From a bacterium (GTDB lineage: Bacteria > Methylomirabilota > Methylomirabilia > CAVQYV01): DNA of 64,000 nucleotides. The notes beneath the pieces are model-generated. The model searched no databases and was not told the DNA's origin. It saw only the letters and a list, made by a program, of their open reading frames with translations. Below are positions 40,593-49,906 of this stretch, piece after piece. The stretch lies in the NCBI GenBank assembly GCA_043800755.1, contig JAZDMQ010000034.1:2656-66655 (forward strand), written 5' to 3'. Position 1 is the stretch's first letter. Each line of letters starts with the position of its first letter. The translations under genes were made by a program, and so were the position numbers.

Positions 40593-41567
40593 TCACCGAT
40601 CCCGATCCAGCGTATAGCCGGCCAAACCAAGGAGGCAGCCTTTGGGCTCGCTGGGCGGAAAACCGTGCAAATGACCCTTCGCCCTTTCTATATAGCCCGC
40701 CGCGATGCCCTTTGCCCAGGGGATGGCCTGGTATTTCTCCACTAAAGAGAGGATCTCTGCCACCTGGCTCCCTTCCATCTTAGGGGAGAGGGAACGCCTC
40801 AGGAACTCCTGGTCGGGAGCCGATCCCTTCTCCAAGACATGGATCAGGGGAAAGGTGATCCTGCCCTCACGCAGGTCTTTCCCCGCCGGCTTTCCCAGCG
40901 TTTGCTCGTCCGCGACAAAGTCCAGGGCATCATCCATGATCTGGAAGGCCACACCCAGATCCAATCCGAAACGGCTCAGGGCCTCGACCTGTTCCGATGC
41001 TGCCCCGGACACAATCGCCCCCACCCGACAGCAGGCCGAGAATAAAGAGGCGGTCTTGTGGGTAATCATCCTCAGATAATCCTCATAGGAGATATCCGCC
41101 CTGCCGTCCATCTCCTGTTGCAGCACCTCTCCCTCGACCATCCTCAAGGTCGCATCGGAGAAGGCCCGCATCACCTCCAGGTCTTCGTCCTCGATCAGGT
41201 GCCTCACCGACCGCGAGTAGAGGTAATCTCCCACCAAGACCGAGAGGCCATTGCCCCAACGGGAATTCACCGAGGGCCTCCCCCGCCTCATGTCAGAATG
41301 GTCAATAATATCGTCGTGGATCAGGGTGGCCACATGGAGGCATTCCCCAATGGAGGCCAGCCTGATATGGCGCAGGCCGTCGCGGTGACCGCAGATGCGC
41401 TCCGAAAGCAGAAGGAGGGCCGGCCGGATGCGTTTCCCCTTGCTCTGAAGGGCATAGCTGGCTGCCCGACAGATGAGCTCCGCCTCGGAGTCGATCTCCC
41501 GGCTCAGAATCTGCTCTACGGAGGCGAGGTCTTCCTCGATCAGGCCCAGGCACAGGATGCCCGGCAA
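40593..41567 (-). CDS. polyprenyl diphosphate synthase (IspB-like trans-prenyltransferase)
   Basis: DDxxD motifs LIHDDIIDHSD and FQIMDDALDF. TTG start at 41567 preceded by AGGAGGG. The longer ORF to 41810 would overlap trxB by ~150 nt. Confidence 0.7.
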   Translation of the reverse strand: MPGILCLGLIEEDLASVEQILSREIDSEAELICRAASYALQSKGKRIRPALLLLSERICGHRDGLRHIRLASIGECLHVATLIHDDIIDHSDMRRGRPSVNSRWGNGLSVLVGDYLYSRSVRHLIEDEDLEVMRAFSDATLRMVEGEVLQQEMDGRADISYEDYLRMITHKTASLFSACCRVGAIVSGAASEQVEALSRFGLDLGVAFQIMDDALDFVADEQTLGKPAGKDLREGRITFPLIHVLEKGSAPDQEFLRRSLSPKMEGSQVAEILSLVEKYQAIPWAKGIAAGYIERAKGHLHGFPPSEPKGCLLGLAGYTLDRDR

Positions 41568-41662
41568 AGGACTTCCCTCCTTCCCAAGATCTTCAACAGG
41601 CCATCTTTCCCTATCAGTCTCCCTTGGTCCCTTGGGGAAGGTACTGAAAACCCGCCGGGCTG

Positions 41663-42610
41663 TCAAGGGACTTCTCCCCTGGTGGCGAAGGGAAGGCCTT
41701 CCAGATAGCTCATGGCGGAATGGGCGGCCAGGGCACCTTCCCCCACCGCAGTCGCGATCTGGCGAAAGGATTTCCTCCGACAATCCCCGGCCGCAAAAAC
41801 GCCTGGACAAGAGGTCTGAAGCCCCTCATCGGTGAGGACAAAACCCTGATCGTCGAGCGAGAGGACCCCTTGCCAGAGGGCGGTATTGGGACGACTGCCC
41901 ACGCAGACGAAGATCCCCTTCACAGAAAGCTCTCTCACCTCCTGGCTGATCCGATCGACCGCCAAGACGCCCTCCACCTTTTCATCCCCCAGGATCTCTC
42001 TGACCTGGCCATTCCATAAGAAGTCAATCTTCTCATTCTCCCTGGCCCGTTCCTCCAAGACCTTCGCCGCGCGCAGGCGATCGCGCCGATGGATCAGGGT
42101 CACCTTGGAGGCAAACCGGGTGAGGAAGAGGGCCTCCTCCAGGGCAGTGTCTCCACCTCCTACGACCGCGACCGGAAGATCTTTGAAAAACGCCCCATCA
42201 CAGGTCGCACAATAGGAGACTCCTTTCCCCCGCAGCCGATCCTCTCCGGGAACTCCCAGACGGGCGTAGTCCGCTCCGGCGGCCACAATGGCCGATCGGC
42301 ACGAAAACCTCCCTTCCGCGGTCAGGATCTCCAAGCCCCCCTCGGCCCGCCGGCATCCGGTCACTTCCTGGATTCGGATCTTCAGGCCAAAGCGCTCCGC
42401 CTGATTGGCCATCCGACTGACCAGCTCAAAGCCCCCGATCCCTTCAGGGAATCCGGGATAATTCTCCACCCAGTGGGTGGTGAGGACCTGCCCGCCCAGT
42501 CCCTGGCGCTCCAGGAGAAGGCAATTCAGGCGCGCACGGGCGGCATAGAGGCCAACGGTCAGCCCAGCCGGACCTCCCCCCACAATGATCAGATCGTAGC
42601 GCTCTTCCAT
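41663..42610 (-). CDS. trxB: thioredoxin-disulfide reductase
   Basis: GGGPAG FAD motif, redox-active CATC, NADPH motif GGGDTA, 315 aa. Confidence 0.9.
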   Translation of the reverse strand: MEERYDLIIVGGGPAGLTVGLYAARARLNCLLLERQGLGGQVLTTHWVENYPGFPEGIGGFELVSRMANQAERFGLKIRIQEVTGCRRAEGGLEILTAEGRFSCRSAIVAAGADYARLGVPGEDRLRGKGVSYCATCDGAFFKDLPVAVVGGGDTALEEALFLTRFASKVTLIHRRDRLRAAKVLEERARENEKIDFLWNGQVREILGDEKVEGVLAVDRISQEVRELSVKGIFVCVGSRPNTALWQGVLSLDDQGFVLTDEGLQTSCPGVFAAGDCRRKSFRQIATAVGEGALAAHSAMSYLEGLPFATRGEVP

Positions 42611-42703
42611 CGTTCCAGAAAAAAAAAGGAAGACCCCAGGGATGCCCTGGGGTCTTCCACTCCCTACCCTACAACTGATAGAGAGGCCTTGAATGAGCTG
42701 AAG

Positions 42704-44233
42704 TTAGAAGCTGAATATACAGTTAGCCCTCATCACATAGCCCCAACTCGGAGAAGAGGTCTTCTCCACCTCGCTAAGGGTGCTGTTGTCGGGATTGGCT
42801 GCATCAAGGTACTCAACATGTTCGCTACCCTTGGCCACCTTGAAGTAATCCCCAGGAATAAACGGGGCAAAGGCACCGGTGACCGAGAAGTTCTTGTTGA
42901 GGGTCCACTTGGCGGTCAGGTCAATCTCCCAGCCCACATCGCGGTCCTGCTTCTTCTTGTAGATGATCCGGCTGTCGGGATCGAAGCCGCCCTTCGGGGT
43001 GACCTGGGCAGCCCAGATCTTAAAGATGTCCACGCCTAGGGTGACCGGGGTGATCGGGGTATAGGTGGCACCGATCGTCAGATAGATCTGGTTCTCCAGG
43101 CCCCTCTGAGTCCATACCCCAGTGCGCTTCTCTCCTTTGTTATCCAGTCCGCCGCCGAATCCGGGGGCGAAGTCGAAGGGATCGCCCTGGCCGTGCTGAT
43201 GGAAGAAGCTCCACTCATCATAGACGACGGTGCGGCCCCATTGGGCCATGGGGACCTTGAATCCCTCATACTTGGTGCCAGAGCCCCAGTTCTTCACGTC
43301 GCCATCGAGCTTTTTCCGCTTGTCACCCGAGCCATAGGCCCCTTCAAAGGTCACCGTGGCCGGGCCCAAATTGGCGGTGACACCCGCCATGAGGGCATAG
43401 CCGCCGATCTTTTCCTCTTGTTGCATGTCGGTCTTCTTGAAGTCATCGGTCAGCTTACCGCCGACATAGGCCGCCTCCGCCCGGTAGCTGATCATGTCAA
43501 TCGCCCCATCGGCCGAGATTCCGAGGGCCCAGATGTGGCTATCGAAGGTGATGGAGGGATCCCACATCGTGAACATATGGTCATAACCACCCAACTGCCT
43601 GCTGGTGGCATTACTGTTGATGTTCAGGTTCCGGCCCTCGAACCACTGGAAGTAGCCGCCAACCTGGTGCTTCTCCGCCAGGGGGGCCGTCGCCTGGAAG
43701 AAGTACTGGTCGATGTCATTGGCGAAATCGCCCTGCTCGTTATACTTCATATAGCCGAGTTCGACCTTGGCCGGGCCGATCGGGGCATAAAACTTCATGC
43801 CGTCTCCGCCATACGCCCCGGTGTTCATCACGAAGCCATGGCCCAAGGATTGGGCGAAACGTCCCAGTCGATAGTGCACCGGGGTGCCAGGGATCTTGAC
43901 ATCAAACCAGACCTGTTGCAGGGAGACGGGGTGAGATTCGCCGTTGGGCGCTTCCCCCGCATAGTCTGCCCCACCCAGGGCATATCCGCCACCCAAGGTA
44001 CCCAGCCGGAAGTACCCCTCTGCATAATCCTCTGCCTTGTAGCCTGCCCCGACCCAGAGAATGGGAAGGATACGGGCATCGTTGGTGTTGGGATTGTCCT
44101 TCAGAAAATCCGTGTTATAGTAGATTCTTGGCCGATAGAAAACCAACCCATCGATATAGGTCTCGGCGAAGAGGGGGGCGGCGATTGCCAGGATTAGGAG
44201 CCCAGCAAATAGAGCTACCGCATACTTTTTCAT
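42704..44233 (-). CDS. outer-membrane beta-barrel protein (porin-like, hypothetical)
   Basis: Signal peptide MKKYAVALFAGLLILAIAAPLFA. Gly/Tyr/aromatic-rich alternating pattern. C-terminal Phe (..CIFSF). Confidence 0.5.
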   Translation of the reverse strand: MKKYAVALFAGLLILAIAAPLFAETYIDGLVFYRPRIYYNTDFLKDNPNTNDARILPILWVGAGYKAEDYAEGYFRLGTLGGGYALGGADYAGEAPNGESHPVSLQQVWFDVKIPGTPVHYRLGRFAQSLGHGFVMNTGAYGGDGMKFYAPIGPAKVELGYMKYNEQGDFANDIDQYFFQATAPLAEKHQVGGYFQWFEGRNLNINSNATSRQLGGYDHMFTMWDPSITFDSHIWALGISADGAIDMISYRAEAAYVGGKLTDDFKKTDMQQEEKIGGYALMAGVTANLGPATVTFEGAYGSGDKRKKLDGDVKNWGSGTKYEGFKVPMAQWGRTVVYDEWSFFHQHGQGDPFDFAPGFGGGLDNKGEKRTGVWTQRGLENQIYLTIGATYTPITPVTLGVDIFKIWAAQVTPKGGFDPDSRIIYKKKQDRDVGWEIDLTAKWTLNKNFSVTGAFAPFIPGDYFKVAKGSEHVEYLDAANPDNSTLSEVEKTSSPSWGYVMRANCIFSF

Positions 44234-44795
44234 CCTTTATCCTCCTCCATCTTTAGTCTCTTTCCGCCTTTTCGCTCGTAGCAAAATCCCTCACAAACCA
44301 CGCCCCTACATTTTTCCCATCGCATCCCCCCTTCATCGATTGAGTCACCGCAGCGCATCTCGCCACGGTAACCTGGTAATTTAGATCTTAGAATAAAAAC
44401 ACGGACTTGATCCTATTCCCTCAAACCCAGAAACCCTGGACGACCTGCGTCTGGTAGAGACGCTTCACCTCCTCTCTTCCTCTCGTGGGGGATTTAGGAG
44501 TGAACTCTGTTGGGAGGGGAAATCCTCGTCCCGCGTGATTTATCCCCCTTTTTTGGGCGACCATAACATTTGCCCCCAGCCCTGTCAAGGTTTTTTTCGC
44601 CCAGGATGGATGAAAAAATTGGAGTGACCCCCCTCATTGCCGCCTTGGGAGGGGGCCTTTCCCCCTTTGAGGCCTTTTGCATTTGCACGGATCATGCCAA
44701 CTCACCCGTTCGGTTCAATGCATTGATTTTAAAGACTATTTTCTTAGGGTCCCCAGCCCCTGTCGTAAATTCACCACGGAAAAGTGGACTCCCTG

Positions 44796-45296
44796 CTACA
44801 ACCGGCGCTCTTTCAGGGCCGCGGAGGCCTCTCTCTCTGCCACCTTCCGCTTTTGGTCTTCTCGCTTGTCGTAGAGCTTCTTGCCCCGGGCCAGTGCCAG
44901 CTCAACCTTCGCTCTGCCTCCCTTGAAATAGAGGCTGAGGGGTATCAAGGTCCAACCTTTCTCCGCCACCTTCCCCACCAAGTAGCGAATCTCCCTCTTA
45001 TGGAGGAGCAAGGTCCGGGGGCGCAATGGGTCATGGTTCGCCCGGCTGCCTGGCTCATAGGGGGGGATGTGGCAGCCTAAGAGTTGGATCTGCTCGCCCT
45101 TGACCTCCCCGTAGCCCTCCTTCAGGTTGACCCGTCCGGATCGCAGAGACTTAGCCTCCGTGCCCATCAGGACAATCCCCGCCTCATAGGTCTCCTCGAT
45201 ATGATAATCGTGGTGGGCTCGGCGGTTCAGGGCAATCACCCTTTGCTCTTCGGCCTTCCCCCCCTTCGGGGCCTTCCCCCCTGCAGCTACCCGCAT
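44796..45296 (-). CDS. smpB: SsrA-binding protein SmpB
   Basis: Internal Met start MRVAAGGKAPKGG... SmpB core ALNRRAHHDYHIEETYEAGIVLMGTEAKSL... Confidence 0.85.
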   Translation of the reverse strand: MRVAAGGKAPKGGKAEEQRVIALNRRAHHDYHIEETYEAGIVLMGTEAKSLRSGRVNLKEGYGEVKGEQIQLLGCHIPPYEPGSRANHDPLRPRTLLLHKREIRYLVGKVAEKGWTLIPLSLYFKGGRAKVELALARGKKLYDKREDQKRKVAEREASAALKERRL

Positions 45297-45322
45297 TGAA
45301 CCCGGACCTTGTGGTGTCTCAT

Positions 45323-46531
45323 CTAACCGAGGGCGGACCTCACGATGGCCTCCAGATCCTCCACCCCAATCCGGCGCGGATTGCCTCTCATCAGGCGGGT
45401 GATGCCGATGGTGTTCTCGGCAATCCACTTCACATCCTTCTCCTTCACTCCCAGATCAGTCAAGGTCTGGGGGAAGCGAATATCCCGGATGAGTGCCCGG
45501 ACGGCATCCACTCCGCTCTGCGCCGCTTCTCCCAGGGAGAGGCCTTCCACCTCCACTCCCATGAGCTGAGCGATGTTCGCCATCTCCTCCGGGCATACGG
45601 GCAGGTTGTACTGCATGATATAGGGCAACATCACCCCGTTGCAGGCGCCATGGGTCGCCTTGGTCAGTCCTCCGATGGGAAAAGAAAGGGCATGAATGGC
45701 GGCCACCCCGGCATTGGAGAAGGCCATCCCCGCCAGCAGGCTACCTAAAGCCATCTGCGTTCGGGCTTCCAGGTTATTTCCCTGATCCACGGCCAGACGC
45801 AGGTTAGCCCCGATGAGCTCAATGGCGCGCTCTGCCAGACAATCGGCCAGAGGCTGCTTCCCGGAAAAGACGACATCCGCATCCTCAGGGACGGGAAGAT
45901 AGCGATACAGGATATTGGTATAACACTCAATAGCGTGGCAAAGGGCGTCCATTCCGCTATCCGCCGTCACCTTGGGGGGCATCGTCAGACAGAGCTCCGG
46001 ATCCACCAGGGCGACCCGGGGGCGAAGCAGGTTGTCAGAGATGCCAATCTTGATCTTTTTCTCCTCGTCGGTCAGGACAGAGACCGGGGAGACCTCGGAG
46101 CCGGTGCCCGAGGTGGTAGGAATGGCGATGTGGGGCAGGATCGGACCTGGAACCTTGTACTCGCCAAAATAGTCGCGGCAGGAACCTCCGAACTGCAAAA
46201 CCACCGCCGCCGCCTTGGCCAGATCGATGTTGCTTCCTCCTCCCAGGCCGATGAGCAGGTCGAAGCCCCCCCCTTTGGCAAAGGCCACACACTCCTCGGC
46301 CACCCGAATGGGTGGATCCTCACAGCCACCATCGAAGACCTTGAAGCCAATCCCCTCTTCGGTGAGCGGCCGCTCAATCCTCTCCACCATCCCCAGATTC
46401 GCCAGGACCTTATCCGTCACCACCAAGGCCTTCGATGCCTTCAGGCGCCGAGCGATCTTGCCAACCTTCTTACATGCCCCGGGACCAAAGACCACCTCCT
46501 GGGCAATGCTGAACTGCCAGAAATCCCGCAT
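45323..46531 (-). CDS. iron-containing alcohol dehydrogenase family protein
   Basis: 402 aa with Fe-ADH pattern (GGGSNIDLAKAAA, metal-binding His region ...THGACNGVML). Confidence 0.8.
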   Translation of the reverse strand: MRDFWQFSIAQEVVFGPGACKKVGKIARRLKASKALVVTDKVLANLGMVERIERPLTEEGIGFKVFDGGCEDPPIRVAEECVAFAKGGGFDLLIGLGGGSNIDLAKAAAVVLQFGGSCRDYFGEYKVPGPILPHIAIPTTSGTGSEVSPVSVLTDEEKKIKIGISDNLLRPRVALVDPELCLTMPPKVTADSGMDALCHAIECYTNILYRYLPVPEDADVVFSGKQPLADCLAERAIELIGANLRLAVDQGNNLEARTQMALGSLLAGMAFSNAGVAAIHALSFPIGGLTKATHGACNGVMLPYIMQYNLPVCPEEMANIAQLMGVEVEGLSLGEAAQSGVDAVRALIRDIRFPQTLTDLGVKEKDVKWIAENTIGITRLMRGNPRRIGVEDLEAIVRSALG

Positions 46532-46648
46532 CGTTCACTCCTTTCCCTCAAATCGGTGGCATGCGAAGGAACCGATCTTCCCAAGAAAACTGTTTACCTC
46601 ATCCCGCCCTGGCCCGTCAAGGGGTTTTTGCATGGCTTCCCTTTCCCT

Positions 46649-47233
46649 TTATGGATTCCTCGCCCCGTTGCCCTCTTCGACGATCGACTTGCCGGTCACC
46701 TCCCTGAGCCTCTCGGCCATGAGGAGAAGCCCCTCTTTCATCACAGCCCCTCCGCAGTCAATCTCGATCCTTTCTCCGCTTATAAGGATGAGCTCCAGGC
46801 AATAAAAGGGACTTCCCCCTAAGGCCCCCGCGCGGCTCCCTCGCCGAAGGCCAATCCTTTCGATCTCCTTCAGGGAAAAGGCCCTTCGCTTCGGGTGAAA
46901 AGGGAAAAGCCCCTTTTCGATGATCTGCACCGTGGCGGGCGATTCATGGAAGGAAATCAGCCAGGGATCGGCTAACATGGTAGTCCCGGCCCAGAGGAGG
47001 AGGGCGCCGAAGGCCCAGAAGACCCCCAGCACCAGGATGGCAGACAGGCTTTTGGCCAGGGCAAAGAGGAGTGAGAAATAGAAGGCGATCCCGAAGCCAA
47101 TCAGAAAGGCAAGCAGGCCCAAGAGGCGATACAGGAGGGTGGGCCTCAACACCAGAAGGCCCTTTTCATCCTGCCATATCCTTCTTCGGGCCCAGATTCC
47201 TCTAAGTGGGGACGGATCGAGGCGCTCTGACAT
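46649..47233 (-). CDS. hypothetical membrane protein (two N-terminal TM helices plus a bacterial-PH-like domain)
   Basis: ORF with hydrophobic N-terminus LLYRLLGLLAFLIGFGIAFYFSLLFALAKSLSAILVLGVFWAFGALLLWAG. No recognisable catalytic motif. Confidence 0.4.
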   Translation of the reverse strand: MSERLDPSPLRGIWARRRIWQDEKGLLVLRPTLLYRLLGLLAFLIGFGIAFYFSLLFALAKSLSAILVLGVFWAFGALLLWAGTTMLADPWLISFHESPATVQIIEKGLFPFHPKRRAFSLKEIERIGLRRGSRAGALGGSPFYCLELILISGERIEIDCGGAVMKEGLLLMAERLREVTGKSIVEEGNGARNP

Positions 47234-47339
47234 CTTCCCTCCTCCCAGAAAGGACCTTATTACACCATTGGAAAGGGTCTTCTGTCAATCCTCGCAAAAA
47301 TACTTTGACCTCCATCATCGGACATGGTATCTCTCGCCC

Positions 47340-48458
47340 ATGATCGAGCTCATTTGTGCCCGGTGCCAGAAGCACTACCCAGAAGAGGCTTGCCGGTGGC
47401 TCTGTGAATGCGGATCTATCCTCGACCTCTCGGCCCCGGCCGCCTTCCCCAAGTCTTCCCTTTCCTCACGGCCCCCCAGCCTCTGGCGATATCGGGAGGC
47501 GCTGCCCCTTTCCCCAGACAGCGAGCCAGTGAGCCTGGGGGAGAGCCTTACCCCCTTGATCCGGCCGGACCCCGCCCTCCCCCGCCTCTTCCTTAAACTC
47601 GACTTCCTCTTTCCCACCGGCTCCTTCAAGGATCGGGGATCAGCACTCCTGATCAGCAAGGCCAAGGAGCTGGGTATCGCTTCGGTGGTGGAGGACTCCT
47701 CTGGGAACGCCGGGGCCTCCATCGCCGCCTATTGCGCCAGGGCAGGGATCTCCTGCCAGGTCTTCGTCCCGGCCCAGACCTCCGAGGCGAAGCTGACCCA
47801 GATCAAGGCCTATGGGGCCCAATTGATCAAGGTGGAAGGATCTCGGGAGCAGACGGGAAAGGCGGCACTGCAAGCGGCCCAGGGGGCTTACTATGCCAGC
47901 CACTCCTTCAATCCCTATTTCTTTGAGGGATGCAAGACCTTTGCCTTCGAGGTATGGGAACAGATGGGGTGGGAGGCTCCGGATTTCTTGATTCTGCCAG
48001 TAGGGAACGGAACCTTGCTCTTGGGCGCCTACCTCGGCTTCTCCCAGCTGATGCAGGCGGGGGAGATCCGTAGGATGCCCCGGATCGTGGGGGTTCAGTC
48101 TGAGCACTGCGCTCCCCTCTTCCGGGCCTATCAGGAGGGCCGCGGTGAGGTTGCTCCCATCGTGAAGGCCGAGACCATCGCCGAGGGAATCAGCGTGGCC
48201 CATCCCATCCGGGGGAAGCAGGTCCTGCAGGCGGTGAGAAGAAGCCAGGGGTTCTTCCTCACCGTGACGGATGGGGAGGTGGTCGCCTCCCTCCGGGAGA
48301 TGGCCAGGATTGGCCTTTACCTGGAGCCCACCTCGGCCACGGCCACTGCGGCCTGGGAGAAGATCAAGGGAGGACCGGGGATGAGGGAACAAACCGTAAT
48401 CATCCCCCTCACCGGCTGCGGGCTCAAAGCCGGGTCGACCATCGCCAAGATCCTCTAA
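47340..48458 (+). CDS. threonine-synthase-like PLP-dependent enzyme with N-terminal Cys4 zinc ribbon
   Basis: MIELICARCQKHYPEEACRWLCECGS. PLP-lysine motif FPTGSFKDRG. Tryptophan-synthase-beta fold. Confidence 0.7.
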   Translation: MIELICARCQKHYPEEACRWLCECGSILDLSAPAAFPKSSLSSRPPSLWRYREALPLSPDSEPVSLGESLTPLIRPDPALPRLFLKLDFLFPTGSFKDRGSALLISKAKELGIASVVEDSSGNAGASIAAYCARAGISCQVFVPAQTSEAKLTQIKAYGAQLIKVEGSREQTGKAALQAAQGAYYASHSFNPYFFEGCKTFAFEVWEQMGWEAPDFLILPVGNGTLLLGAYLGFSQLMQAGEIRRMPRIVGVQSEHCAPLFRAYQEGRGEVAPIVKAETIAEGISVAHPIRGKQVLQAVRRSQGFFLTVTDGEVVASLREMARIGLYLEPTSATATAAWEKIKGGPGMREQTVIIPLTGCGLKAGSTIAKIL

Positions 48459-49092
48459 GAACCCCCGCCTTCCTCTCCTTCTGTCCGGCCTGCCTCGGAA
48501 TCCTCGCCAGCTCCTCCAGGTGGCCTACAACCTGGGCCTCCCTCTCGGCCCAAAGGAGCAGAGAGGTTCGCCTCCGCCGATCCCCACCCACCCATTGCGT
48601 GGCCAAGAAGGGAATGCCCCTTTCTATTCGAACTCGTCCTATGGCCTCCAGGACCTTCCCCATGATTCGCTTTGCCTCCCAGTCCCTTACAGCCGGATCA
48701 AGGAGGAGGTCGACTATCCCGGAGAGGATGACCAGCCCTGCCCCCTTCTCCTCGATGGCCGCCTCCACCCTATCCTGTAGCAGGGTCTGAAGTTGATAGC
48801 AGGTGAAGGGGCGAGAGATGAGGATCCGCTGAAGCAACTCCAAAGGATCCCGCCCTCTCCGTTGGGCCAGGAGGGAGACCAGGTAGGGATCGAAGGCATT
48901 GACCGCATCGATATAAAGCACAAGGCGCTGGGAAGAGGCTACCCATCCTGCCAGATAGGTGACGACTGTCGGGGCCGAAAGGGTGGCCTCGAGCAGGGTG
49001 AAGGGACAAGGCCTTCTTGACTCCAATAGGCCCCTCACCTCCCGCGGCCACTCTTCCCTTTTCCCTTCCTGCGACCACAGGATCGTACCCAT
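48424..49092 (-). CDS. SulA/ImuA-like SOS protein (degenerate RecA-like fold), co-operonic with lexA
   Basis: 222 aa, 9 nt downstream of lexA. Core LVLYIDAVNAFDPYLVSLLAQRRGRDPLELLQRILISRP...GAGLVILSGIVDLL resembles the SulA/ImuA family. Low confidence. Confidence 0.35.
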   Translation of the reverse strand: MGTILWSQEGKREEWPREVRGLLESRRPCPFTLLEATLSAPTVVTYLAGWVASSQRLVLYIDAVNAFDPYLVSLLAQRRGRDPLELLQRILISRPFTCYQLQTLLQDRVEAAIEEKGAGLVILSGIVDLLLDPAVRDWEAKRIMGKVLEAIGRVRIERGIPFLATQWVGGDRRRRTSLLLWAEREAQVVGHLEELARIPRQAGQKERKAGVLRGSWRWSTRL

Positions 49093-49101
49093 GATCTCCC
49101 C

Positions 49102-49722
49102 TCAGAGCCGACGAAAGACGCCGGTCACCTTGCCCACGATCTGGAAGGAGGGATCATCCCTCTTCACCACCATCGGCTCCAGCGCCTCATTCTCTGGCTG
49201 AAGGAGGATGAATTCCCTTCGGAGGAAGAAACGCTTAATCGTCGCCTCATCCTCCACCAGGGCGACCACGATCTCTCCATCCTGGGCGCTGGGCTGGCGT
49301 CTCACCAGGGCGTAATCCCCGTCCTGGATATGGGCCCCGATCATGCTGTCGCCCCTCACCTTGAGGAGGAAGGCCTCCCCTTCCCCTACCCAATCCTCAG
49401 AGACAGGAAGGGACCCCTCCAGGTTCTCCACAGCCAGGATGGGCTCTCCTGCAGCCACCCTCCCCACAATGGGAATCTGCCGCGTCCCCGGGCCCAGGAC
49501 CCTCTTTCCCCACGCGAGCATCTCCAGGGAGCGAGAGCGGGAGGGCTTTCTCCGCAGATAACCCTTTCGCTCTAGGGCACGCAGATGGTCGAGCACGCTG
49601 GGGGCCTTCACGCCAAAGTGATCCCCGATCTCCCGCAGGGAGGGGGGATATCCTTCCTTAGCGATAAAGCCTTGAATGAAGTCGAGAATCTCCTGCTGCC
49701 GAGAGGTTAAAGAAAGGCTCAT
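49102..49722 (-). CDS. lexA: LexA repressor
   Basis: N-terminal wHTH (LTSRQQEILDFIQ). Ala-Gly cleavage site (VAAGEP). Ser/Lys peptidase S24 domain (GDSMIGAHIQDGD...KRF). Confidence 0.9.
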   Translation of the reverse strand: MSLSLTSRQQEILDFIQGFIAKEGYPPSLREIGDHFGVKAPSVLDHLRALERKGYLRRKPSRSRSLEMLAWGKRVLGPGTRQIPIVGRVAAGEPILAVENLEGSLPVSEDWVGEGEAFLLKVRGDSMIGAHIQDGDYALVRRQPSAQDGEIVVALVEDEATIKRFFLRREFILLQPENEALEPMVVKRDDPSFQIVGKVTGVFRRL

Positions 49723-49757
49723 GGCTCCTCTGTCCTCCTCCTTGCGGCGATGCCCTC

Positions 49758-49786
49758 TTTATACCTAACATTTGTTACCCTGTCAA
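49758..49786 (-). promoter_or_regulatory. lexA promoter (TTGACA-N17-TATAAA) with a candidate LexA operator TAACATTTGTTA (49766..49777) in the spacer
   Basis: Minus strand reads TTGACA (49786..49781), 17-nt spacer, TATAAA (49763..49758). Spacer contains the palindrome TAACA-TT-TGTTA resembling the GAAC-N4-GTTC Cheo box. ~35 nt upstream of the lexA ATG. Confidence 0.5.
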
Positions 49787-49906
49787 GAGAAATTCTAAAG
49801 GCGGCCCAGCGGACAGGAATCCCGGGAACCACCAGCAGGACAGCTTGACAAAGGCACCCGGTTCGGATATGAAGGCATGGGCAGGAACTTCACGATCTGA
49901 GAGGTC

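Noticed and set aside
40593-41810. Long N-terminal extension of the polyprenyl synthase ORF (start at 41810)
   Set aside because: It would overlap trxB by ~150 nt, and the extension is Arg/Gly/Pro-rich junk. TTG at 41567 with an AGGAGGG Shine-Dalgarno gives a normal ~325-aa enzyme.
44234-45300. tmRNA (ssrA) next to smpB
   Set aside because: Looked for a GGGG...UUCGACG 5' end, an alanine-tag reading frame and a 3' CCA-adjacent T-arm on both strands. None found. ssrA is presumably elsewhere.
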